Part shown: in pieces, positions 1 to 9,189 of the stretch
How the letters are laid out: every line of letters starts with the position of its first letter
Position numbering within the stretch: position 1 is the first letter of the stretch
Assembly (NCBI GenBank): GCA_949286245.1
Contig: CASECF010000076.1
Span: forward strand, 1 to 54,601
DNA length: 54,601 nucleotides
Direction of reading: 5' to 3'
DNA from: an uncultured Alphaproteobacteria bacterium
GTDB taxonomy: Bacteria; Pseudomonadota; Alphaproteobacteria; CAAHEQ01; UBA3637
Made by a program: the position numbers and the translations under genes
Notes under the pieces: model-generated
Seen by the model: the letters and a program-made list of their open reading frames with translations, nothing else
Databases searched by the model: none
What the model was told of the DNA's origin: nothing

Positions 1-146
1 TGACACAAGTGCCCTTTCCTCTCCTCCGAACGACGCTCGCCCCTCCAAAGGCGTCATAAACCAAACAGCCAACAGGTAGCCTGCACTCACCTACTGACAC
101 AAGTGCCCTTTTCTCTCCTCCGAACGACGCTCGCCCCTCCAAAGGC
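1..146. repeat. Direct repeat: 52 bp core twice (1-52 and 95-146, one mismatch), 94 bp period; may continue left of the window
   Basis: tgacacaagtgccctttYctctcctccgaacgacgctcgcccctccaaaggc occurs at 1 and 95; the sequences following each copy are weakly similar. Confidence 0.9.
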
Positions 147-220
147 TTCCGAGCCAACCGACTAAACGGATATATGTCTTCATCTCCCTGCCGATGACGA
201 GAGTGTTCCGGTCAAATCAT

Positions 221-253
221 AAAAAAACCGCTTCTTTTCAGAAACGGTTTTTT
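221..253. terminator. Bidirectional intrinsic terminator downstream of rplS
   Basis: aaaaaaaccgcttc-ttttca-gaaacggttttttt: stem-loop flanked by A and T runs, 18 bp after the rplS stop. Confidence 0.8.
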
Positions 254-270
254 TAAGCTTGTTTGAAATT

Positions 271-648
271 TTATTCTGCCTCGTCAGCATATTTTTCTTT
301 ATCTTCGGCAATACGAGCAGCTTTACCGAACAATTGACGTAAATAGTAAATTTTAGACCGCTTCACTTTACCGCGACGAACAACTTCAATACTGGCGATA
401 TTCGGAGAATAGAGCGGGAAAATACGTTCAATTCCCTCACCAAAAGAAATCTTACGAACCGTAAAAGTCGAGTTAAGACCGTCATTACTTCTGGCGATAC
501 AAACACCTTCATAAGCCTGCAAACGTTCACGACCCTTATCTTCAATAATTTTGCACATAACCTTAACCGTATCACCGGCTTTAAAATCAGGAATCTTTTT
601 TCCCAATTTGTCAATTTGCTCTTGTTCTAATGTTTTAATTAAATTCAT
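271..648 (-). CDS. rplS: 50S ribosomal protein L19
   Basis: Motifs [35 protein letters not shown]; last gene of the canonical operon. Confidence 0.98.
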   Translation of the reverse strand: MNLIKTLEQEQIDKLGKKIPDFKAGDTVKVMCKIIEDKGRERLQAYEGVCIARSNDGLNSTFTVRKISFGEGIERIFPLYSPNIASIEVVRRGKVKRSKIYYLRQLFGKAARIAEDKEKYADEAE

Positions 649-649
649 T

Positions 650-1351
650 TTAAGATCCTTTCTTAATATTTTTCTGATCCAGATATTTTGCCCACAAGTC
701 TGGTCTTCTTGTTTGTGTTATACTTTCTGATTGTGCCAACCGCCATTCTTGAATAAGACGATGATGCCCCGACACTAAAACAGAGGGAACTTCCCGTCCT
801 TCCCAATTTTGTGGCTTGGTATACTGCGGATACTCTAAAAGCCCGTTCGAAAAACTCTCTTCCGATAATGATTCTTGATTCCCCATAACGGTCGGTAAAA
901 GACGAATAACGGCATCCAATAATGTTAAAAGAGCCGGCTCACCGCCCGATAAAACAAAATCTCCGATACTGATTTCTTGAATCTTCCATTTTTCAATAAT
1001 GCGTTCATCAATTCCTTCAAATCGACCACACAAAAACGTTATTTCAGAAAATAAAGAAAATTCTTGCGCCGCTTTTTGATCAAAAAGACGACCCCGAGGT
1101 GATAAATAATATAGGGGTCCCCCTTTATAAACAGCTGACAAAGCCGCATCTAAAACAGCAGGCTTCATAACCATTCCGGCACCCCCGCCAAACGGCGTAT
1201 CATCAACCGATTGATAATGGTCCGTTGCAAAATCACGAATATTAACGACATTGAGTGTCCACTTTTTCTCAGCCAACGCCTTACCGGCAAGGGAGTATCC
1301 CAAGCACCCCGGAAACATTTCCGGAAAAAGTGTTAATACGTTAATCTTCAT
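650..1351 (-). CDS. trmD: tRNA (guanine37-N1)-methyltransferase
   Basis: [43 protein letters not shown]; ATG at 1351 overlaps the rimM end. Confidence 0.98.
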   Translation of the reverse strand: MKINVLTLFPEMFPGCLGYSLAGKALAEKKWTLNVVNIRDFATDHYQSVDDTPFGGGAGMVMKPAVLDAALSAVYKGGPLYYLSPRGRLFDQKAAQEFSLFSEITFLCGRFEGIDERIIEKWKIQEISIGDFVLSGGEPALLTLLDAVIRLLPTVMGNQESLSEESFSNGLLEYPQYTKPQNWEGREVPSVLVSGHHRLIQEWRLAQSESITQTRRPDLWAKYLDQKNIKKGS

Positions 1352-1856
1352 GAACAACCTCTTTCATGCCATCCGGCACAACAATTTCAATCGTTCCCTT
1401 TTCAATATCAACAACCGGAAAAGTGGCTTGAGAAAAATCAAACGGCAACACCTTCCCGTTCTTTAATTGTATTTCCAAGATATCACCGGCCCCAAAATTT
1501 TCAACCGCCTTGACAACCCCGAAATCGCGAGACCCTTCCATCACTTTTAATCCGATCAAATCAAAGTAATAAAATTCATCCGTTTCTTTTTGAGGTAGAC
1601 GACTTTTGGGAATATATAAATTAACTCCTTTCAATCGTTCGGCCGATGTTCTGTCTGAAATACCTTTAACGGTTGCCAGCAAGAGATCTTTATGCGAATT
1701 CAATACATGAATCTCAAAAAGTTGCTTTTCTTGTTTATCTGTAAACGGCCCCAGCACGGATAAATCCATCGGATTTGTCAAAAACGGTTTGATTTTGACA
1801 GCACCTTTAATACCATGCACATTTACAATTTGACCGACACAGACAAGATGGGACAT
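1341..1856 (-). CDS. rimM: 16S rRNA processing protein RimM
   Basis: VGQIVNVHGIKGAVKI, EFYYFDLIGLKV, NFGAGDILEI; synteny. Confidence 0.96.
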   Translation of the reverse strand: MSHLVCVGQIVNVHGIKGAVKIKPFLTNPMDLSVLGPFTDKQEKQLFEIHVLNSHKDLLLATVKGISDRTSAERLKGVNLYIPKSRLPQKETDEFYYFDLIGLKVMEGSRDFGVVKAVENFGAGDILEIQLKNGKVLPFDFSQATFPVVDIEKGTIEIVVPDGMKEVVHED

Positions 1857-1865
1857 TTGTATTCC

Positions 1866-2297
1866 TTATTCAGCAGAGGGTTCAGTTGAAGCTTCCGATG
1901 ATCCTTGAGCCGCTTCTTCAGCCGCCTTCTTTGCTTCTTCAGCTGCTAAACGAGCCGCTTCCGCTTTTTCTTGAGCTTCTTTTAAGCGTTCTTGAGCCTT
2001 TGCTTTCGGAGCAGATTTTTTCGGTTGTTCACGAATAACCGGTTTCTCAGCCAATCCGACCAAAGCAAATAATTTTTGAACTCTCTCCGTCAATTCAGCA
2101 CCCTGAGCCATCCATTTTTTGGCGATATCTTCATGAATACGAAGAGCATCTGCGTGATCTTTCGGCAACAACGGATTATAAAAACCGACAACTTCGATAA
2201 AGCGACCATCTCTCGGAGAGCGTTTATCTGCAACAACTATTTTATGAAACGGACGTTTTTTAGATCCGCCCCGAGCTAAACGAATACGAACTGACAT
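1866..2297 (-). CDS. rpsP: 30S ribosomal protein S16 with Ala/Glu/Lys-rich C-terminal extension
   Basis: [26 protein letters not shown]. Confidence 0.98.
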   Translation of the reverse strand: MSVRIRLARGGSKKRPFHKIVVADKRSPRDGRFIEVVGFYNPLLPKDHADALRIHEDIAKKWMAQGAELTERVQKLFALVGLAEKPVIREQPKKSAPKAKAQERLKEAQEKAEAARLAAEEAKKAAEEAAQGSSEASTEPSAE

Positions 2298-2437
2298 TTA
2301 TTTTTTTTCCTTTCTTTTTTGTCTTTTCCATTTACCTGTCAAAAAACCGTATACAAAAATTGCACCAATGTATGCACCCGCACAGATTGATGTATCTCCT
2401 CAGAGACTGAATAATTCAGCTTTTTGAAAGATATGTT

Positions 2438-2466
2438 TTTTTAGCATAAAAAAAAGCCGATGTCAA
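2438..2466 (-). promoter_or_regulatory. Putative sigma70 promoter of the rpsP operon
   Basis: Minus strand TTGACA-17 bp-TAAAAA, with TG extension (TGC immediately before -10). Confidence 0.55.
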
Positions 2467-2567
2467 GCAAAAACAAAACCATTCAAATAACATTAAACGC
2501 TTATTTTAAAAATCAAGCTATTTAAGGTTAAAAAAATCACGTTATAAAAACACAACTCACATGATGA

Positions 2568-3968
2568 TTATTTAAACGGCGGAAGCCCCCCGAAAGGATT
2601 ATGTCCGCCCCCGAAAGGATTTGCCCCACCCATCAGCTGGCCGGCCTTTTTCATCATGGACATCATTCCGAACGGGCCCATTTTCTTAAATTTTTTCATA
2701 ACCATCGCCATTTGTTCGTACTGTTTCAACAATCTGTTAACGTCATTAACGGCGACACCGGCTCCGTTGGCGATCCGTTGTTTGCGAGAGGCTTTTAATA
2801 AATCGGGATTTTTTCTTTCTCGAGGCGTCATGGATAAAATAATGGCTTGTTGTCTTTTTAACAGTTGATTATTTAAATCCGAGTCTTTGATCTTATCTTG
2901 TATTTTAGACAGCCCCGGAATCATTTTCATAATTCCTTGAATATCACCCATCTTTTCAATTTGACGCAATTGATCCAACAAATCATTCAAATTGAATTGT
3001 CCCGACAACATCCTTTCCGCTGTTTTTTGAGCTTCTTCCTGATTGATTTTCTCAATGGCCGTCTCAACCAATCCGACAACATCTCCCATTCCCAAAATAC
3101 GATCCGCAACCCGTTTGGCATCAAAAACTTCAAGAGCATCCGCTTTTTCACCCAACCCCAAAAACTGAATGGGACAACCCGTCACGGCTCTCATGGATAA
3201 AGCAGCTCCGCCTCTGGAATCTCCATCTACTCGCGTCAAAACAATCCCCGTAATTCCAACCTTCTCCGAAAAAGATTTTGCTAAATTAACGGCGTCTTGA
3301 CCCATTAAAGAATCAACCACCAACAGGGTTTCACTCGGATGAGATATATCTCGAACAGCGGCGACCTCCTCCATCATCTCTGTATCAATATGCAATCGAC
3401 CGGCTGTATCCAAAATCAAAATATCGTACAAGCCGACTTTAGCTTCCCGTAGAGCCCGTTCCGTAATCTGAAGCGGTTTTTGACCCGCAACAATCGGCAA
3501 AACGGATAGATTGTTTTTGACCCCCAACTCTGCCAATTGATCCTGCGCAGCCGGCCGATATGTATCCAAACTGGCCAACAAAACTTTCTTCCCTTTTTTC
3601 TGAAATCTCACCGCTAATTTGGCAGAAGATGTTGTCTTTCCGGATCCTTGCAACCCAACCATTAAAATGACGGACGGCAATTGTTTTAAGTTTAACTCGG
3701 TTGATTCACCCAACAACTTAACCAATTCATCATGAACAATTTTAACAACCATTTGAGCAGGAGAAATAGATTTAATTACCTGTTCCCCGATAGCCTTTTC
3801 CCGAACAGAAGCAATAAAAGATTTAACAACGGGCAACGCCACATCCGCTTCCAAGAGGGCTATTTTAATTTCACGCATCGTCTCATCAACAGATGATTCC
3901 GTCAAAATTCCACGCCGTGTCAATTTGTCAAAAACGGAAGAAAGTCTTTCTGATAATCCCGCAAACAT
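2568..3968 (-). CDS. ffh: Signal recognition particle protein Ffh
   Basis: GLQGSGKTT, DTAGR, DGDSRGGAALS, RILGMGD, Met-rich M domain. Confidence 0.99.
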   Translation of the reverse strand: MFAGLSERLSSVFDKLTRRGILTESSVDETMREIKIALLEADVALPVVKSFIASVREKAIGEQVIKSISPAQMVVKIVHDELVKLLGESTELNLKQLPSVILMVGLQGSGKTTSSAKLAVRFQKKGKKVLLASLDTYRPAAQDQLAELGVKNNLSVLPIVAGQKPLQITERALREAKVGLYDILILDTAGRLHIDTEMMEEVAAVRDISHPSETLLVVDSLMGQDAVNLAKSFSEKVGITGIVLTRVDGDSRGGAALSMRAVTGCPIQFLGLGEKADALEVFDAKRVADRILGMGDVVGLVETAIEKINQEEAQKTAERMLSGQFNLNDLLDQLRQIEKMGDIQGIMKMIPGLSKIQDKIKDSDLNNQLLKRQQAIILSMTPRERKNPDLLKASRKQRIANGAGVAVNDVNRLLKQYEQMAMVMKKFKKMGPFGMMSMMKKAGQLMGGANPFGGGHNPFGGLPPFK

Positions 3969-4004
3969 TTTATAATCCTCAATTTAATTATTGTTTTTTT
4001 CAAA

Positions 4005-4033
4005 AATATACAAAACATATCCGACAAAGTCAA
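4005..4033 (-). promoter_or_regulatory. Putative sigma70 promoter of ffh
   Basis: Minus strand TTGACT-17 bp-TATATT, about 36 bp upstream of the start. Confidence 0.65.
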
Positions 4034-4099
4034 GAGGAAGACCTTATCTCTTAATCGGCACTGAGATAGTGTAATCGTTAACATTCACAATAACAATTA

Positions 4100-4196
4100 T
4101 CAGGTATTCTGTCTCTTATAATCAACATGGCTACCGCTTGTTTTTTTAAAGCCATCCAAATCAGGCATTTCGTCTCTTAATAATCGGCATGGCTAC
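4100..4196. repeat. Imperfect ~36 bp direct repeat (period ~61 bp) covering the stop codon of the 4193-4744 gene
   Basis: tcaggtattctgtctcttataatcaacatggctac (4100) vs tcaggcatttcgtctcttaataatcggcatggctac (4161); third partial copy tctcttaatcggca near 4047. Confidence 0.7.
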
Positions 4197-4744
4197 TGTC
4201 TGACACGAGAAGACCGGCTCTTCGAAGACGGGGAAACAACACGACTTTTTCGAACACGCCTTGCATTCACCATCATTAAACAGTCCATATAATCGGAAAG
4301 CGTCACCAATTCCTTATTTTGAGCCATTGCCACCATTAACACCTTTTTAGCCAATTTAATGCCATCCGTCAATCCAGCCAACCCCGCCTCATCAACATCT
4401 GCTTTTTTGTGATTCACACTTAAATTCATCGGTTTTTTTAATTGTGTGATGACTGCACTGTAAAGAGTCATTAAATGTCCCATCGTTTCCTCATTATTTG
4501 ACAACAGCTCCTGCGCATGACGATCAAACAATCTGGAGCGCAAACAAAATCCGACAAAACCAATTTGATCGTAAGCGCCGTTTTTACTTTTAATCATATC
4601 TAAAAAATTTTCAGACAACCGCCGGACAGCCGAACGACCATTTTTTGTTTTGTAATTGTACTGTTCGGGTTTTTGAGCCATACGAGATAAAATACAAAAA
4701 GAAACCATGGATTCCGAAAAAAAATCTTGTGCAAAATCATTCAT
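4193..4744 (-). CDS. Hypothetical protein with Arg/Ser-rich C-terminal tail
   Basis: 183 aa ORF with GGAGG RBS; no recognisable domain; ends RRVRKSRVVSPSSKSRSSRVRQ. Confidence 0.75.
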   Translation of the reverse strand: MNDFAQDFFSESMVSFCILSRMAQKPEQYNYKTKNGRSAVRRLSENFLDMIKSKNGAYDQIGFVGFCLRSRLFDRHAQELLSNNEETMGHLMTLYSAVITQLKKPMNLSVNHKKADVDEAGLAGLTDGIKLAKKVLMVAMAQNKELVTLSDYMDCLMMVNARRVRKSRVVSPSSKSRSSRVRQ

Positions 4745-4881
4745 CGCTGAACCTCCGCCGTTGTATGATTGGGAAACAATAAAAAAAAACGAGAAAGATT
4801 ATATACCTTTTTTAAAAAAAATCAATTTTTTTATGGCACATCATAAAATGATCGCTCACTGTCTCAAACTCCTCACATAAT

Positions 4882-4953
4882 CTCGATTTCTTTGAGTGGG
4901 AAGAACTTGATTTCTTTGACTGGAAAGGGCTCGATTCCTTTGAATAACAAGAA
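4882..4953. repeat. Three tandem 24 bp units upstream of the recA promoter
   Basis: ctcgatttctttgagtgggaagaa / cttgatttctttgactggaaaggg / ctcgattcctttgaataacaagaa. Confidence 0.8.
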
Positions 4954-4976
4954 ATGTCCGACACATAAAAAAAGCG

Positions 4977-5005
4977 TTGTGTTTTAAAAAAAAATCAGAT
5001 ATACT
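4977..5005 (+). promoter_or_regulatory. Putative sigma70 promoter of recA
   Basis: TTGTGT-17 bp-TATACT. Confidence 0.6.
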
Positions 5006-5023
5006 GAGTTCAATTTAAAAACA

Positions 5024-5038
5024 GAACAATAAAGGAAC
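5024..5038 (+). promoter_or_regulatory. Alphaproteobacterial LexA (SOS) box
   Basis: GAAC-aataaag-GAAC matches the GAAC-N7-GAAC consensus and overlaps the recA RBS. Confidence 0.85.
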
Positions 5039-5043
5039 AAAAC

Positions 5044-6078
5044 ATGGAAAAAGATAAAGCATTGGAAGCGGCACTCAGCCAAATTGAACGAGCATTCGGC
5101 AAAGGATCCATCATGCGTCTGGGTCAAAAAGACAACGCCATCGAAATACCATCCATTTCCACCGGATCATTGGGATTGGATCTGGCTTTGGGGATCGGCG
5201 GTCTACCTCGAGGTCGCATTATTGAAATTTATGGTCCGGAGAGTTCCGGTAAAACGACATTGGCTTTGCACGTTGTTGCCGAATCTCAAAAAAAAGGAGG
5301 TGTATGCGCTTATATTGATGCGGAACACGCTTTAGATCCGATTTATGCCGGAAAATTAGGTGTTAAAATTGACGATTTATTGATCTCACAACCGGATACG
5401 GGAGAGCAAGCACTTGAAATTGCGGATACACTTGTTCGATCGGGAACGATTGATGTTTTGGTCGTGGATTCGGTGGCAGCCTTAGTTCCGAAAGCCGAAC
5501 TGGAAGGAGAAATGGGCGATTCTCACATGGGTCTTCAAGCTCGCTTGATGAGTCAGGCTTTGCGTAAGATTACAGCTTCGGTTGCCAGAGCCAACACGCT
5601 TGTTATTTTTATTAACCAAATCCGTATGAAAATCGGCGTCATGTTTGGCAATCCAGAAACAACAACCGGCGGAAATGCACTTAAATTTTATGCGTCCGTT
5701 CGCTTGGATATTCGTCGTATCGGAGCCATTAAAGACAAAGAAAATACCGTTGGAAATCAGACACGGGTTAAAATTGTTAAAAACAAAGTGGCACCACCGT
5801 TTAAAACGGTTGATTTTGACATTTTGTACGGCGAAGGAATCTCTAAAACGGGAGAGCTGTTGGATTTAGGAATTAAAGCCGGTATTGTTGAAAAAGCGGG
5901 GTCTTGGTTCTCAGCGAAAGGGGAGCGAATTGGTCAAGGACGTGAATCGGCAAGAGCGTATTTAAAAGCACATCCGGAATTGGCAAATGAGATTGAAAAA
6001 ACGGTTCGAGAACACGCCAAAGATATTTCACAAAAATTAATTGTAGCCGATGAAGCGGCCTCAACGGAAGCAGAATAA
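5044..6078 (+). CDS. recA: Recombinase RecA
   Basis: [37 protein letters not shown]. Confidence 0.99.
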   Translation: MEKDKALEAALSQIERAFGKGSIMRLGQKDNAIEIPSISTGSLGLDLALGIGGLPRGRIIEIYGPESSGKTTLALHVVAESQKKGGVCAYIDAEHALDPIYAGKLGVKIDDLLISQPDTGEQALEIADTLVRSGTIDVLVVDSVAALVPKAELEGEMGDSHMGLQARLMSQALRKITASVARANTLVIFINQIRMKIGVMFGNPETTTGGNALKFYASVRLDIRRIGAIKDKENTVGNQTRVKIVKNKVAPPFKTVDFDILYGEGISKTGELLDLGIKAGIVEKAGSWFSAKGERIGQGRESARAYLKAHPELANEIEKTVREHAKDISQKLIVADEAASTEAE

Positions 6079-6093
6079 GCCGGCTATTTCCCG

Positions 6094-6122
6094 AAATGTC
6101 CGGCATTCGCCGGACATTTTTT
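6094..6122 (+). terminator. Intrinsic terminator of recA
   Basis: aaatgtccggc-attc-gccggacattt followed by T run. Confidence 0.85.
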
Positions 6123-6123
6123 A

Positions 6124-6152
6124 TTGACAAAATCGTTAAAAAAGCTTAAAAA
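6124..6152 (+). promoter_or_regulatory. Putative promoter of alaS
   Basis: TTGACA-17 bp-TAAAAA, the same atypical -10 as upstream of rpsP. Confidence 0.5.
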
Positions 6153-6190
6153 AACACAGAATTTTTTAATCAGAACAGATGTGAGGGCAC

Positions 6191-8833
6191 ATGAGTAAAA
6201 ACATCACGGCACAAATCAGAAAACAGTTTATCGATTACTTTCAAAGACAAGACCATACCATTGTTCCTGCCAGTTCATTGGTTCCCAAAAACGATCCGAC
6301 TTTAATGTTTACCAACTCGGGAATGGTGCAGTTTAAAAATTATTTAACCGGCGCCGAAAATCCCCCGTTTCCAAGAGCTGCGACTATTCAAAAATCAGTT
6401 CGAGCCGGCGGAAAACACAACGACTTGGATAATGTCGGATATACAAAACGCCACCATACTTTTTTTGAAATGTTGGGAAATTTTTCATTCGGGGATTATT
6501 TTAAAGAAAAGGCCATATACTATGCATGGGAGTTATTAACCAAAGAAATCGGCTTGGATAAATCCAAATTATTGGTGACGATTTTTCACACGGATGATGA
6601 AGCTTACAAGCTGTGGAAATCCATTGCCGGTTTAAAAGACGAGGATATTATTCGTATTGCCACCAAAGACAATTTTTGGCAAATGGGTGATACGGGTCCT
6701 TGCGGTCCTTGTTCTGAGATTTTTTACGATCACGGAGAACAATATTGGGGTGGTCGCCCCGGCACACCGGAAGAAGACGGTGATCGGTTTATTGAAATTT
6801 GGAATCTCGTTTTTGATCAATACGAGGATTTGCCGGATGGTCGTCGCATTGAGCTTCCTAAAAAATGTATTGATACCGGTTCCGGATTAGAGCGGATCAG
6901 TGCTATTTTACAAGGAACGAATGATAATTATGAAATTGATATTTTTAAAACACTGATTGGCAATGCTGCCACTTTAACAGGCGTGGATCCGAACGGCGAA
7001 TATAAAACCTCGCTCCGCGTTATAGCCGATCACTTACGATCTACTTCTTTCTTGTTGGCCGATGGCGTCATGCCTTCAAACGAAGGACGGGGATACGTTT
7101 TACGGCGTATCATGCGTAGAGCCATGCGCCATGCCCATTTAATCGGATATAAAGATCCGCTCATGTACCAATTGGTTCCTTCTTTAATCGAAACAATGGG
7201 TGAAGCCTATCCGGAATTAATAAAACATCAAAAACTCATTACGGAAGCCCTAAAACTTGAAGAGGAAAAATTCAAACAAACACTGGACAAAGGGCTTAAG
7301 TTGTTAGATGAGGAAACTGCCTTATTAAAAGAGGGAGATTCTTTATCCGGAGATATCGCTTTCAAGCTATATGACACATACGGTTTCCCGTTGGATTTAA
7401 CGCAAGATGCTCTTCGCAATAAAAACATGACCGTTGACACAACCGGATTTGAATTAGCCATGAGCAAACAACGGGCGGACGCACGGCGATCATGGGTAGG
7501 ATCCGGAGATAACGCAGATGAAAAAATATGGTTCCAAATAGCGGAAAAAACGGGATCAACGGAATTTTTGGGCTACGAAACGGATGAAGCGGAGGCTCAA
7601 ATTTTGAGTTTGGTTCACAATAATAAAGAGGTAGAAAAAGCACAAGCCGGTGAAACAATTTACCTTGTTGCTAATCAGACGCCTTTTTACGGAGAAATGG
7701 GGGGACAAGTCGGTGACACGGGAACAATCACGACAAAAAATGCACGGATTTTAGTATCCGATACCGTTCGAAAAGCCGATTCAAAATTAATTGTTCATAT
7801 CGGAACAGTGGAACAAGGAGAAGTGTTGAATGGAGAAACAGGGGTCTTTCAAATTGACTCAAGCCGTCGTTTCAATATTCGGGCCCACCATTCGGCAACC
7901 CACTTGTTGCAAGCCGCTCTTCAAAAAGTTTTAGGTCCACAAGTTCATCAGAAGGGATCATTGGTGACACCCACCGGATTCCGGTTTGATTTTACCTATC
8001 ATAAAGCCATGACTCGAGAGGAGATTTTACAGGTTGAAACTCTTGTTAACCAAATGATTTTATCCAATCGTCCCGTTATAACCGAATTGATGACTCCGGA
8101 AGCCGCCATTCAACAGGGGGCCATGGCTCTTTTTGATGAGAAATATGGAGAAACGGTTCGAGTCGTTTCCATGGGAAGCGGAGAAGAGAGACTGTCTTGT
8201 GAGTTATGTGGCGGAACACACGCACAAGCAACCGGAGATATTGGATTGTTTCATATTCTCTCCGAAAGCGGTATTTCCTCAGGAGTCAGACGAATCGAAG
8301 CGATTGTCGGTTTACCGGCACTTCAAAAAGAGCAAGAACAAGCAAACTTAATCTCCGAGTTAATTCAAACGCTAAAAACAACGGGCGAATCCGAGATTTT
8401 AAGTAAAATTCATACATTAATGGACGATAAGAAGCAACTGGAAAAAGAGGTTTCCGATTTGCGACAAAAAGTCGCCATGAGCGGATCCGGATCGGCAGAA
8501 GAGCAAACAGAAACAATCAACGGTATTGCTTTTGTCGGACGTTTATTGTCACAAACGCCGGCAAAAGAGCTCAAGCCTTTAGCAGATGCTTTCAAAAAGA
8601 AAATCGGTTCCGGTGTTATTGCGTTAATCTCAACGGACTCAAATAAAGTATCCATTGTTGTTGCTGTCACCCCCGATTTAACAGACCGATATAACGCCAT
8701 TACATTTGTTCAAAAGGCTTCTGAGTTAGTTGGTGGCAAAGGCGGAGGCGGTCGACCCGATATGGCACAGGCCGGCGGATCCGATATCAGTAAAGCCTCT
8801 CAGATTTTACCTCTTTTACGAACGTTTTTATAA
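6191..8833 (+). CDS. alaS: Alanine--tRNA ligase
   Basis: DPTLMFTNSGMVQFK, HHTFFEMLGNFSFGDYFK, editing HSATHLL / ELCGGTH, C-terminal GGGRPDMAQAGG. Confidence 0.99.
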   Translation: MSKNITAQIRKQFIDYFQRQDHTIVPASSLVPKNDPTLMFTNSGMVQFKNYLTGAENPPFPRAATIQKSVRAGGKHNDLDNVGYTKRHHTFFEMLGNFSFGDYFKEKAIYYAWELLTKEIGLDKSKLLVTIFHTDDEAYKLWKSIAGLKDEDIIRIATKDNFWQMGDTGPCGPCSEIFYDHGEQYWGGRPGTPEEDGDRFIEIWNLVFDQYEDLPDGRRIELPKKCIDTGSGLERISAILQGTNDNYEIDIFKTLIGNAATLTGVDPNGEYKTSLRVIADHLRSTSFLLADGVMPSNEGRGYVLRRIMRRAMRHAHLIGYKDPLMYQLVPSLIETMGEAYPELIKHQKLITEALKLEEEKFKQTLDKGLKLLDEETALLKEGDSLSGDIAFKLYDTYGFPLDLTQDALRNKNMTVDTTGFELAMSKQRADARRSWVGSGDNADEKIWFQIAEKTGSTEFLGYETDEAEAQILSLVHNNKEVEKAQAGETIYLVANQTPFYGEMGGQVGDTGTITTKNARILVSDTVRKADSKLIVHIGTVEQGEVLNGETGVFQIDSSRRFNIRAHHSATHLLQAALQKVLGPQVHQKGSLVTPTGFRFDFTYHKAMTREEILQVETLVNQMILSNRPVITELMTPEAAIQQGAMALFDEKYGETVRVVSMGSGEERLSCELCGGTHAQATGDIGLFHILSESGISSGVRRIEAIVGLPALQKEQEQANLISELIQTLKTTGESEILSKIHTLMDDKKQLEKEVSDLRQKVAMSGSGSAEEQTETINGIAFVGRLLSQTPAKELKPLADAFKKKIGSGVIALISTDSNKVSIVVAVTPDLTDRYNAITFVQKASELVGGKGGGGRPDMAQAGGSDISKASQILPLLRTFL

Positions 8834-9189
8834 GAGAAAATCTTATTAATCTTAATGGAGCCAACCGATCGTTGGCTCTTTTTATTACCAAAATCACACT
8901 GCTATCCGAGACCATTATGAATGGCACACTCCTCTTTTGGGGTCGTTATTCTGCTTTATAAAGACCAATTATGTTTTGAGTGGCTTACCCTCCTTTGGGC
9001 TTCATCATTCTCTTTTGAAAATGCAGACCATTATGTGTGGTATGTTCCCTCTTCCGTTTCGTCATTCTTCTTTAGAAAATCCAATCATTCGAATATCGGT
9101 AAAGCCTCTCAGATTTTACCTCTTTTACGACCGTTTTTATAAGAGAAAATTTCGTCAGTGGAACCAACCGATCGTTGGCTCTTTTTATT
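8784..9189 (+). repeat. Duplication of the alaS 3' end plus terminator (8784-8886 vs 9093-9189; period 309 bp)
   Basis: atatcRgtaaagcctctcagattttacctcttttacgaMcgtttttataagagaaaat...ccaaccgatcgttggctctttttatt occurs twice. Confidence 0.95.
8858..8886 (+). terminator. Intrinsic terminator of alaS (second copy at 9161-9189)
   Basis: gagccaac-cgatc-gttggctc-tttttatt. Confidence 0.85.

Noticed and set aside
1-146. CRISPR array
   Set aside because: Only two copies are visible, the 52 bp repeat is longer than typical CRISPR repeats, the spacers resemble each other, and no cas gene is in the window.
2575-2632. NPFGG repeat in the Ffh C-terminus
   Set aside because: Gly/Pro/Phe-rich low-complexity tails are normal for Ffh.
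8784-9189. attL/attR of a prophage or genomic island integrated in the alaS 3' end
   Set aside because: The copies are only 309 bp apart, there is no integrase, and the intervening block is itself repeated at 10093, so a tandem duplication explains everything.
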